64,000 bases of DNA, from NCBI GenBank assembly GCA_965217775.1, contig CBDCJH010000002.1:896001-960000 (forward strand). Direction: 5' to 3'. Source of the stretch: Acidobacteriota bacterium. Its GTDB lineage: Bacteria > Acidobacteriota > UBA6911 > RPQK01 > JAJDTT01. Under the pieces are notes generated by a model. The model was not told the DNA's origin and did no database searches. It saw nothing but the letters and a program-made list of their open reading frames with translations. The position numbers and the translations under genes were made by a program. Position 1 is the stretch's first letter. Each line of letters opens with the position of its first letter. Below, piece after piece: positions 20,884 through 29,937 of this stretch.

Positions 20884-22506
20884 GTGAGAACAACTCGGGA
20901 AGGGAAGTGGACTGCCTGGGTCTTCCTCGCCGTCCTTCTGGGCGCGTGCGGCGGAGGGGCGCCTCCGAACGACGCACTGGAGATTTCCGGCCAATTCCAG
21001 CTCTTCGTGGACGACCACGTGGTGCAGGAGATGCATCAGGTCGCACGGCGCCTGAATCCCCTGAAGAAGCATCCCGCGAATCCCATTCTAAAGCCGGACC
21101 GGTCCTGGGAGGGGCAGCACACGACTCCCACCTTCGTGGCCTTCGACCGGAAAGACCGCCTCTACAAGATGTGGTACGTCTACATCTACCGGAACCAGAA
21201 GCCGGGGGAGAAGTACCTGCGCGTCGGCCGGTCCCGCGCCGGCCGGGCCTATGCCTTCTCGCGAGACGGAATCGTCTGGGAAAAACCGGACCTGGGCCTG
21301 ATCGAACTGCCCGGTCACGGACGCAAGAACAACGCCGTCCCCTATCAGCCCTCCCTCTACGATCTGCAGGATCCCGATCCCCAGAGGCGCTACAAGGCGG
21401 TCATCGGCATCGGCGACCGCTCCCGGAACATGGGCGTGGCCTTCTCTCCCGACGGTCTCCACTGGACTCCGTACGAGGGGAATCCCGTCATCGACCAGAG
21501 GGTCGGCGCGGGAAAGGTGATCTGGGACGACCGGATCCGGCAATACGTGGGATACCTGCGGCCTCTGCCGTCCCCTCCCGTCGCATTCATGGGGAATGTC
21601 TCGATCCGGGTCATCGGCCGGACCACCAGTCCCGACTTCCTGCAGTGGGAGTTGCCCCAGAACCAGGTCGTCCTGGTGCCGGATGAGCTGGATCCGCTGG
21701 ACACCCAGTTCTACACGGCCTCCGTCTACAAGGATCGTGGAGTCTATTTCGCGTTCCTGAGCGTCTACCACGTCAACTCCCTGATGGTGGACATCCAACT
21801 GGCCTTCAGCCGGGACGGGATCGAGTGGCAACGGGTCGGGAAGAGGCAACCGGTTCTCACCTACGGCATGCCCGACCGGTTCGATTCCCACGGCATCTAC
21901 GTCTACAGCCCCCCGGTGGTCCTGGAGGAGGAGATCCGGGTCTACTACCAGGGGCAGGACGAGGCCCATTCGCTGACGCCGGGAGACCTGTCGGTCCTGG
22001 CCCACCGTCCGGCGGCGCTGCCGACCGGGACCGAAAAGGCGCTGTCCGATTATCAGGGCGCAGCTTGGTGGTACGGAGTGATGCCCCAGCCCTGGACGCT
22101 GCACGGCGGTGCGGGCGGTTTGGCGGTGGCCCGGCGCGACGGCTTCGTCTCCCTGGACGCCGGCGCCGATCCCGGAGAGGTCGTGACCCGGACCCTCTGG
22201 TGCCGGGGTGGGAACCTGGTGGTCAACGCCGACGCCTCCGACCCTTCCGTCTGGAGGCGGGAGTGGAACCGTTGGAAGAAACATCCCGGGGGCCAGGGCG
22301 AAGTCCGAGTCGAGTTGCTGGACGAAAACGGCTCGGTCCTGCCCGGCTTCGAGGCCGCGCGTTGCGAACCGCTCCGAAGCGATGCCTTGGCCCAGACCAT
22401 GAGCTGGGAGGGTCAACCGGATCTGAACTCGTTGAAGGACCGGAAGATCCAAGTCCGGTTCCTGCTCCGGAACGCCAAGCTCTATTCCTTCCGATTGGGA
22501 AGCTGA
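20884..22506 (+). CDS. Lipoprotein, glycoside-hydrolase-like beta-propeller
   Basis: LLGAC lipobox; QLFVDD, KHPANPIL, repeated SxDGxxW Asp-boxes, RRDGFVSL. Confidence 0.8.
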   Translation: MRTTREGKWTAWVFLAVLLGACGGGAPPNDALEISGQFQLFVDDHVVQEMHQVARRLNPLKKHPANPILKPDRSWEGQHTTPTFVAFDRKDRLYKMWYVYIYRNQKPGEKYLRVGRSRAGRAYAFSRDGIVWEKPDLGLIELPGHGRKNNAVPYQPSLYDLQDPDPQRRYKAVIGIGDRSRNMGVAFSPDGLHWTPYEGNPVIDQRVGAGKVIWDDRIRQYVGYLRPLPSPPVAFMGNVSIRVIGRTTSPDFLQWELPQNQVVLVPDELDPLDTQFYTASVYKDRGVYFAFLSVYHVNSLMVDIQLAFSRDGIEWQRVGKRQPVLTYGMPDRFDSHGIYVYSPPVVLEEEIRVYYQGQDEAHSLTPGDLSVLAHRPAALPTGTEKALSDYQGAAWWYGVMPQPWTLHGGAGGLAVARRDGFVSLDAGADPGEVVTRTLWCRGGNLVVNADASDPSVWRREWNRWKKHPGGQGEVRVELLDENGSVLPGFEAARCEPLRSDALAQTMSWEGQPDLNSLKDRKIQVRFLLRNAKLYSFRLGS

Positions 22507-22543
22507 GGCCCCGTACGGGGCACTGCCTGCCTTCGTAGCGAAC

Positions 22544-24097
22544 TCACGGTCCGGAACGATCACCCGGTCGGCCGGGTCTCCGAATCCGGCGAACGTGCAG
22601 AACGTAACTGACGGCGAGTCCTACGGCCAGGTTCGCCACCAGGGCTCCAGGGGCGATCCAGATGAAGCTCACGGGATCCTCGCCGGTCACCGGGTGCATG
22701 CCGAAGATTGGTCCCGAGTAGGCCAGGAGGATCGCCGTGGTCATGCCGGAGACGGTGCCCGCGGCCACGCCGGCGGGCCGGGCGAAGGGCACGAAGAAGG
22801 CGAAGAAGAAGAGTCCGAACATGGGTGTCATCAGCAATCCCGAGGTCTTCTTGGCCACCGCGAAGATGTTACCCGGGACCGCCCCCATGTAAGAGCTTCC
22901 CCCCACCACGACGGCGCCGACGACGAAGGCCAGGATCTTGGCCCAGCGGGCTTGGGTCCGGGGATCGGAGGGCAGCCAGCCGAACCGGTCCAGGAAGTCG
23001 CGGTTGACGACGGCGGTGATGGAGTTCACCCCCGAGTCGATGCTGGACATGGCGGCGGCCAGCATGGCTGCCGCCACCAGGCCTGAGATTCCCGGTGGCA
23101 ACAGGTGGGCGATGAAGTAGGGAAACAGGCTGTCGCCGTTGCGAACGATGTCCATTCCGGCGGGCAGGATGTCAGGATGGCTCCGGACCAGTCCCATCAG
23201 AGCGAACCCCACCACCCAGAGCACCAGAACCACCGTCACGCCCACGATCTGGTTGACCAGGTAGGCCTGCCGGGCGGCCCGGGCGTCGACGGTGGCCATC
23301 AGGCGCTGGATCTTGGTCTGGTCGCCTGCCAATCCGCAGCTCGCCAGGACGAAGGTGGAGAAGGCCGTGCCCAGGACGCTGAGGCGGACGGAAGGATCGA
23401 AGCTGATCAGGGGCTGCTCGTCCCAGTGAGGTTGCCAGGAGGTGGGGAACCATCCGAAGTCCCCCACTCGATAAGTCACCAGGCCGATCACCAGGATCGC
23501 GCCGCCCAGCATCAGGAGGGTCTGAAAGCTGTCGGTGATGACCACGGCCCGGAGGCCGCCCAGAGAGGTGTAGGTCACGGCCACCATTCCGGTGATCAGG
23601 CTGATCCAGGGAATCCAGGATTCGTCCAGGCCCATCATGATGGACAGGGCGTTGGCGCCCAGAAAGACCAGGAGCGACATCCAGACCAGGCGAAAGATGA
23701 GGAACAAGAAGGCGCCCAGCATCCGGATGCCCAGACCCAGGCGAGCCTCCAGCAGTTCGTAGGCGCTGATGACCCGTTTCCGCATGAAATGGGGAATGAA
23801 GACGAAGCCGACCACCAGGAAGATGAAGGGATGCGCGAGCTGATTGGCCAGACCCACCGGCCCGTTGGCGATGGCCTCACCCGGAATGGCGAGGAAGGCG
23901 ATGGTGCTGAGCGAGGTGGCCATGAGGGAGACCCCGATCAGATTGGGGTTCATGCGGCCGCCGCCGGTGAAGTATTCCTCCAGGTTGGTCTGCCGGCGGG
24001 TGTAGTAGCTCCCCAAAAGGATGGTGCCTGCGGCGTAGAGGACGATGATGATCCAGTCGATGGGCGCCAGGCCCCCGCTGCTCTCGAACAGGTTCAT
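22544..24097 (-). CDS. Sodium:solute symporter family transporter
   Basis: Many TM helices; SAYELLEARLG, YTSLGGLRAVVITD, AAAMSSIDSGVNS. Confidence 0.92.
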   Translation of the reverse strand: MNLFESSGGLAPIDWIIIVLYAAGTILLGSYYTRRQTNLEEYFTGGGRMNPNLIGVSLMATSLSTIAFLAIPGEAIANGPVGLANQLAHPFIFLVVGFVFIPHFMRKRVISAYELLEARLGLGIRMLGAFLFLIFRLVWMSLLVFLGANALSIMMGLDESWIPWISLITGMVAVTYTSLGGLRAVVITDSFQTLLMLGGAILVIGLVTYRVGDFGWFPTSWQPHWDEQPLISFDPSVRLSVLGTAFSTFVLASCGLAGDQTKIQRLMATVDARAARQAYLVNQIVGVTVVLVLWVVGFALMGLVRSHPDILPAGMDIVRNGDSLFPYFIAHLLPPGISGLVAAAMLAAAMSSIDSGVNSITAVVNRDFLDRFGWLPSDPRTQARWAKILAFVVGAVVVGGSSYMGAVPGNIFAVAKKTSGLLMTPMFGLFFFAFFVPFARPAGVAAGTVSGMTTAILLAYSGPIFGMHPVTGEDPVSFIWIAPGALVANLAVGLAVSYVLHVRRIRRPGRPGDRSGP

Positions 24098-24146
24098 GTC
24101 GCAATAACGCCGGCGATTCCCTCGAATTCAGGACAGAGACTGGCAC

Positions 24147-24566
24147 TCAAATGATCGGAGACAAAGTGGGTATTCGTTGGCGCCGATACTTGCGGTAGAG
24201 TTTGAAGTCGTTGTCGAGAGTGAAGACGACGCTCTCCGGATGCTGTTCGGCCATTCGGACCAGGCAGCCGTCCGCGAGGGACATGGGCACGTTCTGGTAC
24301 TTCTTCAGCAACCGGGAGACGGCGGCGGTTTCTTCGGCAAGGCGAAATGACAGGTCCAAGACGTTGCGGCGGACCATTTCCAGCACGGCCATATGTCCTC
24401 CCGCGAAGGGTCGGACCAGAAAGCAAGCTTCCGCCAGGACGGATTCACAAGTGAGCAGGGGCGGGGCGATCTCAGCCCATTGGTATTTCGCCCAGCGATG
24501 ATGCCGGTCGCGCCGGTTCAACAACGCCACCAGTGGGCCCGTATCCAGGATGACGTCTTTTTTCAT
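24147..24566 (-). CDS. PIN domain (VapC-like) toxin
   Basis: ILDTGPLVA, VLAEA, MSLADGCLV, FTLDNDF. Confidence 0.9.
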   Translation of the reverse strand: MKKDVILDTGPLVALLNRRDRHHRWAKYQWAEIAPPLLTCESVLAEACFLVRPFAGGHMAVLEMVRRNVLDLSFRLAEETAAVSRLLKKYQNVPMSLADGCLVRMAEQHPESVVFTLDNDFKLYRKYRRQRIPTLSPII

Positions 24567-24802
24567 CGGCCGAATTCTTCCAGGTAGTCCTGGTTCGCCG
24601 ACAAGTTTTCGGGCCCGCACAGTATGCCCTCGAGATCGGCCACGCGCGACAGAGCCGACCCGGGTCGTTCGGTCTCCAATCTCCCCAGATACGCGGTCAG
24701 AGCCTCGCGAATCAGTGCGGACTTGCTCATGCCCTTCCGCCGCGCCGTCGCGGTCAACTCAGCGGCCAGAGGGTCAGGCACCTTCAATGAAACGGTATTC
24801 AT
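24563..24802 (-). CDS. Ribbon-helix-helix (CopG) antitoxin
   Basis: TVSLKVP...SKSALIREAL; overlaps toxin start by 4 bp. Confidence 0.88.
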   Translation of the reverse strand: MNTVSLKVPDPLAAELTATARRKGMSKSALIREALTAYLGRLETERPGSALSRVADLEGILCGPENLSANQDYLEEFGR

Positions 24803-24860
24803 GGCGTCCTCTGGTAATATCGGATAAGTTTATAGGTATTACCAGGGCCGGCGGCGGACG

Positions 24861-25244
24861 TCAATCCACCACGGCGATCGCCTCGATCTCCACCAGTAGC
24901 GATGGCAGAACCAGACCCGACTGGACGGTGGAGCGGGCGGGCGGCCGTCCTTGAAAGTACTCGTTAAAGACGGCGTTCATCCCTTGGTAGTAGACCATGT
25001 CGCTCAGGAAGACGGTGACCTTGACCACGTCGTCCAACGACGAGCCGGCCGCTTCCAGGGCGGTCTGCAGGTTGTCGAGGGTTTGCCGCGTCTGGGCGCC
25101 GATGTCGCCCTCGCCTACCAGGTTGCTGTCGGCGTCGAAGGCGATCTGTCCTGCCGTGGTGACCACCATCCCTTTCCGAACCACCTGGGAATAAGCGGCG
25201 GCCGGGGTCGGCAGCGACGGGGGATTCAAGCGTTGTGCGTTCAT
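24861..25244 (-). CDS. RidA/YjgF family protein
   Basis: YSQVV, AGQI, DVVKVTVFL, PPARSTV, LVEIEAIA. Confidence 0.92.
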   Translation of the reverse strand: MNAQRLNPPSLPTPAAAYSQVVRKGMVVTTAGQIAFDADSNLVGEGDIGAQTRQTLDNLQTALEAAGSSLDDVVKVTVFLSDMVYYQGMNAVFNEYFQGRPPARSTVQSGLVLPSLLVEIEAIAVVD

Positions 25245-25296
25245 GGGCGTCCTCCTTTGCAAGGATTAGATGATCTGTCCCGCATCTTTCATCGGG

Positions 25297-26136
25297 TCAA
25301 CGCGGCGGGATCAGCGCGACGATCCGCACCGGGGCGCCGGTGCCGCCTTCGATCTTCATCGGCAATGCAGCGAGCAGGAATCCGGTCGGCGGCAATGCGG
25401 ACAGATCCGCCACGTTTTCCAGGTTGGGAACATCGGCCTCGGCGCCGATCTGGTGGACGATGAAGTCGGTCGACTGACCGTAGTCGACGCTGGCGGTGTC
25501 GATGCCCAGGAGCCCCACGCCGCGGTCTTCCACGAGCAGGCGCGCCGCCGCTTCACCGATCCCGGGGAAGTGCAAGTTTCCGGTCTCGCCCGGTGTGTCG
25601 TCGCCGAGGTAGGCGAGCGCGTCGGGCCAACGGGGGGCCCAACCGGTCCTGATCAGCACCGCCGATCCCTGTGGCACGCGGCCGTGGGCCTCCTCCCATG
25701 CCAGAACGTCATCGGGGGTGACCAGGTAGTCCGGATCGGCCGCCGCCGACTGGCTGACGTCCAGCACGACGCCCGGCAGGATGAGCCGCTCCAGGGGAAT
25801 CGACTCGGCGGTGGCGCCCCCTTGCGCGAAATGGAAGGGCGCATCGAGGTGCGTGCCGCCATGCTCAGCCGTGGAGAATCGCTTGGCGGCGTAGAAGTAT
25901 CCGCCCGGCGTCTGGCCCTCGGCCAGCGATTCGAGCTGGAAGCCGGTGGTGTCGGTCGGCCAGTAGAGGGTGTCGCCGCCGTAGGCGTGGCTGAGGTCGA
26001 CCATCCGCCAACCGGCGAGGGCCTCCGCTGCGAGAGGCTGCGGCGTTTCGTCAGGCGGAGCACCCCCGCAGGCGGCGAGCTGAACGGCAAGCGCGAGACC
26101 AACAGACAAAGAGAGCGTGCATCTTGGCGCTTGCAT
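25297..26136 (-). CDS. Cyclase family (kynurenine formamidase-like) lipoprotein
   Basis: LAAC lipobox; EHGGTHLDAPFHF, GIDTASVD, LENV, GAPVRIVA. Confidence 0.9.
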   Translation of the reverse strand: MQAPRCTLSLSVGLALAVQLAACGGAPPDETPQPLAAEALAGWRMVDLSHAYGGDTLYWPTDTTGFQLESLAEGQTPGGYFYAAKRFSTAEHGGTHLDAPFHFAQGGATAESIPLERLILPGVVLDVSQSAAADPDYLVTPDDVLAWEEAHGRVPQGSAVLIRTGWAPRWPDALAYLGDDTPGETGNLHFPGIGEAAARLLVEDRGVGLLGIDTASVDYGQSTDFIVHQIGAEADVPNLENVADLSALPPTGFLLAALPMKIEGGTGAPVRIVALIPPR

Positions 26137-26164
26137 TGACGCCCATCATAAACCGTCCACGCCG

Positions 26165-26216
26165 GGAGCGGCGACTTTCTTGTCGCCGACCAGGGGGGTT
26201 AGGGGGGACGGAGCCC
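26165..26216. repeat. REP pair (BIME-like), second palindrome interrupted by IS4
   Basis: ggagcggcgactttcttgtcgccg then aggggggacggag|...|tcccccctctacac; same architecture as the intact 41826-41893 in reverse orientation. Confidence 0.7.
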
Positions 26217-27544
26217 CATAAGAGCTAACTTGATTGCCTGACCACTATCTTGTATAGTGTCGGCATGAGCCAAACGGTAATAAAAGCGGCTGCGAATGAG
26301 GACTGGGACTTGCTGGTGTCATTTTTCCCAGCCAATTGGCTGGATCTGGCGGCCTCGACCGGAGCCCTGAAGGGCCTGCGCAAGGACAAGTCGCCGGAAA
26401 ACCTGTTGCGGACCCTGCTGATCCATCTCGGCTGCGGGCATTCCTTGCGCGAAACCGTGGTGCGGGCTCGGCAAGCGAGCCTGGCAGATCTGTCCGACGT
26501 GGCCCTGCTCAAGCGGCTGAGGAAATCCCGCGACTGGCTCTACGCCCTCTGCGTGGAACTGTTCCGGGAGCATGGCATCGCCGTCTCCAAGAGCGCAGGC
26601 TTCCAAGTGCGGGCGTTCGATGCGACGACCGTGCACGAGCCCGGCCGGACCGGGTCGGTGTGGCGCCTTCACTACAGCGTCAACCTGCCTTCGCTCGGCT
26701 GCGATTTCTTCAAGCTGACCGCATCGCAGGGGCGCGGCACTGGCGAGTCGTTCAGGCAGTTCCCGATCCGGCCGGGCGATTACGTGCTGGCCGACCGCGG
26801 CTACTCGACTGCGGTCGGGATTCAGCACGTCGCGGCTGGCGGAGGGTACGTGACGGTGCGCGTGAACACCGGATCGCTGCTGCTGGAAACCGAGGCTGGC
26901 CAAGCGTTCGACCTGCTCGCAGCCGTGGAAACGCTGCCGCGACCGAGGCCTGTCGGCCGTTGGAGGGTCCGCACCGTGGCCCGGGCCGGGCCACCCGTGG
27001 CGGGCCGGATCTGCGCGGTGCGCAAGACCGACGAAGCCATCGAAGTCGCGCATGCCAAGATCCGCCGGACGGCTCAGCGCAAGGGCAAGCAGGTCCGGCC
27101 CGAAACCCTGCGGTTCGCGCGCTTCGTCATCGTTTTCACAACCTACCCAGCGGAGGCATTCCCAGCGGCCGATGTGCTGGAGTGGTACCGCCTCCGCTGG
27201 CAAGTCGAACTGGTCTTCAAGCGCTTCAAGTCCCTGGCCCAGCTCGGGCACCTGCCGAAGCACGATGACGCAAGCGCCCAGGCTTGGTTGTATGGCAAGC
27301 TGCTGGTGGCGCTGCTGGTCGAAAAGATGGTCCGCCATGCGCGGACCATTTCCCCCTGGGGATACGACGTCGCGACCGGACAGGACTCCCAGCCCGTGGC
27401 GTGACTTCAAATTCGCATTGAACCAAGTCACGCGAGCCATCGAGCGGGCGTATTCCCTAAGACGCATGGTCGCCGAATGGCACGAAATCTCGGCGTCTTT
27501 GGCAGAACCTCCCCGGAGAAGGTCCAATCAAATTAGCTCTTATG
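26217..27544 (+). mobile_element. IS4-family insertion sequence (~1328 bp)
   Basis: Terminal IRs cataagagctaacttgattg / caatcaaattagctcttatg; flanking duplication ggacggagccc / ggacggagtcc (10/11). Confidence 0.88.
26265..27404 (+). CDS. IS4-family DDE transposase
   Basis: AFDAT, LADRGY, YRLRWQVELVFKRFKS (YREK signature). Confidence 0.9.
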   Translation: MSQTVIKAAANEDWDLLVSFFPANWLDLAASTGALKGLRKDKSPENLLRTLLIHLGCGHSLRETVVRARQASLADLSDVALLKRLRKSRDWLYALCVELFREHGIAVSKSAGFQVRAFDATTVHEPGRTGSVWRLHYSVNLPSLGCDFFKLTASQGRGTGESFRQFPIRPGDYVLADRGYSTAVGIQHVAAGGGYVTVRVNTGSLLLETEAGQAFDLLAAVETLPRPRPVGRWRVRTVARAGPPVAGRICAVRKTDEAIEVAHAKIRRTAQRKGKQVRPETLRFARFVIVFTTYPAEAFPAADVLEWYRLRWQVELVFKRFKSLAQLGHLPKHDDASAQAWLYGKLLVALLVEKMVRHARTISPWGYDVATGQDSQPVA

Positions 27545-27603
27545 GGACGGAGTCCCCCCTCTACACTTTCCGGCCACCGAATCGCATAGCCACACAGAAG
27601 AGC

Positions 27604-27678
27604 AGACGACAAGAAAGTCGTTTGTCCCAGGAGGCGGCAAGAAAACCGCCTCTCCCAGTGGGCGACAAGAAAGTCGCC
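27604..27678. repeat. Cluster of three REP-like palindromes; the last is the IS110 target
   Basis: agacgacaagaaagtcgttt, gaggcggcaagaaaaccgcctctcc, gggcgacaagaaagtcgcc. Confidence 0.7.
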
Positions 27679-27707
27679 TGTACCCTTCTCAAGTAGTCTT
27701 TAGGGAA

Positions 27708-27876
27708 CTTCGCCCACGGTGGGTGAAGAGGGCCAACCGGCCGGGAGCTACCATAAAGCCGCAGCGCTCTCAGAGCACCTGGAGGGGACTCGTGCCCCGG
27801 CCGGTTGCCGCGATGGAGGCCCCGTGGGAAGTTTGGATCCACGAATGCCAGTACAGGAATTGGTCCGGATCGCGGC
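27708..27876 (+). ncRNA. IS110 bridge RNA (5' hairpin, target-binding loop, donor-binding loop); ends approximate
   Basis: Hairpin 27708-27728; stem caaccggccggg/cccggccggttg enclosing aaagccgc and ggagggg (match target); stem gccgcgat/atcgcggc enclosing gtgggaagt and gtacagga (match donor junction). Confidence 0.82.
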
Positions 27877-27911
27877 GGCCCGACGTCCATTTAATCACTA
27901 GGAGGTTCGGG

Positions 27912-29159
27912 ATGAAACCAAGTCAATGGTTTGTGGGGGTCGATTGGGCGTCCCAGGCGCACCAAGTCTGCGTCGTGGATGAGCGAGGCACCTGTCAGGG
28001 ACAGCGCAGCTTCCCGCACAGCGGTTCGGGCCTGGCCCAGATGGCCGACTGGATCCTGCAGCAGACGGGGACGAGAGCGGAGGCCGTCTCGGTGGCGATT
28101 GAAGTGCCGCACGGTCCGGTGGTGGAGTTTTTGATGGGGCGATGCTTTGTCGTGTATGCCATCAATCCAAGGCAGGTGGATCGATTCCGCGACCGCTTCT
28201 CGCCGGCGGGCGCCAAGGATGACCGCCGCGATGCCCGGGTGCTGGCCGACGCGATCCGAACCGACGGGGATCGCTGGCAACAGCTCGAACCGGTCGATTC
28301 TGAAATGATCCAACTGCGCGAGTTGTCCAGACTGGGTGCGCAGTTGACCCGCGATCGGACCCGGCTTCTCAACCGCCTGCGCCAACAACTCTGGCGCTAC
28401 TATCCGCAGTTCCTACACCTGAGTAAGGATCTCGCCGAGCCCTGGGTGATGGCAGTGTGGAAGCTGGCCCCGACACCGGATGCGGCCCGGAAGCTGCGTC
28501 CGAGCCGGGTCGCCAAGATGTTGAAACACCATCGGATCCGGCGCATCGACGCCCCCGAGGTCCTGCGTCGCTTGCGGGTACGCTCCATCCCGGTCGCCCC
28601 GGGCACCACCCAGGCGATGAGGGTCCACATCGAAAGTCTCGGTGAGCGCCTGGCCGTGGTGCGGAACCAACTCCGGGACATCTCTCGTGAGCTCGACCGT
28701 TTGATCCGGGCTTGGGAGAAGCGGTGCGAGTCGACCCCGGGGCCCCAAGGACCGTCCCGGGACGTGGCGATCCTCGCCTCCCTGCCCGGGGTCGGCCGAA
28801 TCGTTCTGGCCACCCTGCTCTCGGAAGCCTTCGATCCGCTCCGGCGCCGAGATTACGCCGCCTTGCGCTGTCTGTGCGGGGTCGCCCCCGTGACCCGGCG
28901 TTCCGGCAAATACACCCGGGTCGTGCGCCGCCAGGCCGTGCATCCTCGTTTACGGGAGGCGGCCTATCATTGGTCCCGCGTGGCCACGCAACACGACCTC
29001 ACCAGCAAGGCCAAGTACGCTGCCCTGCGGGAGCGCGGCCACGGCCATGCCCGGGCCCTGCGGTCCGTTGCCGATCGCCTGCTGGCGGTGGCCTGCGCCA
29101 TGTTGAGAAACCAGACCGTGTACGATGCGAATCATGTGAGGCAGCGCCGTGCTGCTTGA
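27912..29159 (+). CDS. IS110-family recombinase (DEDD + Tnp-Ser domain)
   Basis: RBS aggagg; VGVDWA, AIE, KDDRRDA; SLPGVG, GVAPVTRRSGK. Confidence 0.93.
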   Translation: MKPSQWFVGVDWASQAHQVCVVDERGTCQGQRSFPHSGSGLAQMADWILQQTGTRAEAVSVAIEVPHGPVVEFLMGRCFVVYAINPRQVDRFRDRFSPAGAKDDRRDARVLADAIRTDGDRWQQLEPVDSEMIQLRELSRLGAQLTRDRTRLLNRLRQQLWRYYPQFLHLSKDLAEPWVMAVWKLAPTPDAARKLRPSRVAKMLKHHRIRRIDAPEVLRRLRVRSIPVAPGTTQAMRVHIESLGERLAVVRNQLRDISRELDRLIRAWEKRCESTPGPQGPSRDVAILASLPGVGRIVLATLLSEAFDPLRRRDYAALRCLCGVAPVTRRSGKYTRVVRRQAVHPRLREAAYHWSRVATQHDLTSKAKYAALRERGHGHARALRSVADRLLAVACAMLRNQTVYDANHVRQRRAA

Positions 29160-29406
29160 TCCGGATCTGGACCGAGGGACGTTATAGGCTCCACCCTGGT
29201 GCGGTCGCTCCAGAAGCTCAAGAGCGATGTCCATCCGGGCGACCATGGACTGGACCCGGGGATCGCTTCACCAGGTCAATGGGAACCACCGTACCAGAGA
29301 GGACCCCCAGGGGGAGGCCCGGCGAAGGGAGCGTAGCGACCGCAGCGGGGCCTCCCCCTGGGGGTCAAATCTCGCTTGAAGAAGGGTGGGAAGTCCCCTC
29401 CTAGTA

Positions 29407-29429
29407 GACGACAAGAAAGTCGCCTCTCC
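29407..29429. repeat. REP-like palindrome
   Basis: gacgacaagaaagtcgcctctcc. Confidence 0.65.
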
Positions 29430-29778
29430 TAGTCGTAGCTCCTTGTCCGGCGCTGGCCCATGTAGAGTTCCCGGATCCGGGCCAGGTCCCGGTCGTAGCG
29501 GCCGTCTCGAAAGTCGGGGAACGCCCACTCCAGAGGCCGGTACCGGCCCTTCCGGTAGCGGCTCATCAGGTCGGCGTAGACGCCCTGGCCCAGGTGGATC
29601 TTCTGGCCGGCGAACTTCATGCTGGCCAGGACCACCTTGCTGTGGTCTAGATAACCCGCGTCCAGATTGACCCGCCGCCGGCCCTGACGGGCCAAGCGCT
29701 CCTCGATCCGGTTGCACGTCAGCTTCATCTCCGGAAGGGATTCCGGCGGAATCATTCGGGAGAAGCTCATGAGGCGCC
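29429..29778 (-). pseudogene. Duplicated 3' portion of the DUF4416 gene
   Basis: 29458-29778 aligns without gaps to 31175-31495 (offset 1717) with scattered substitutions; lacks the 5' end. Confidence 0.88.
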
Positions 29779-29937
29779 TTAGTCGGCGACTCGGGCCCCC
29801 TGTTGGCGGGCGTAGAGACGCGCCGCGGTAGAATTATGAATAGAGGTCAGTTCGGATGGACATGTAGTCCCATTCAAAGACCGTACCTTGCCTTCGAGTC
29901 TTGGGCTCAGTGGATGGATCGGAGTTAATCCAGAGTA

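Larger units (their letters stand above)
27677..29396 (+). mobile_element. IS110-family element inserted in a REP (CC core at both ends)
   Basis: Removing it restores aaagtcg-CC-cctcctagt, matching the neighbouring REP at 29407-29433; subterminal IRs acccttctcaag / cttgaagaagggt. Confidence 0.88.
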
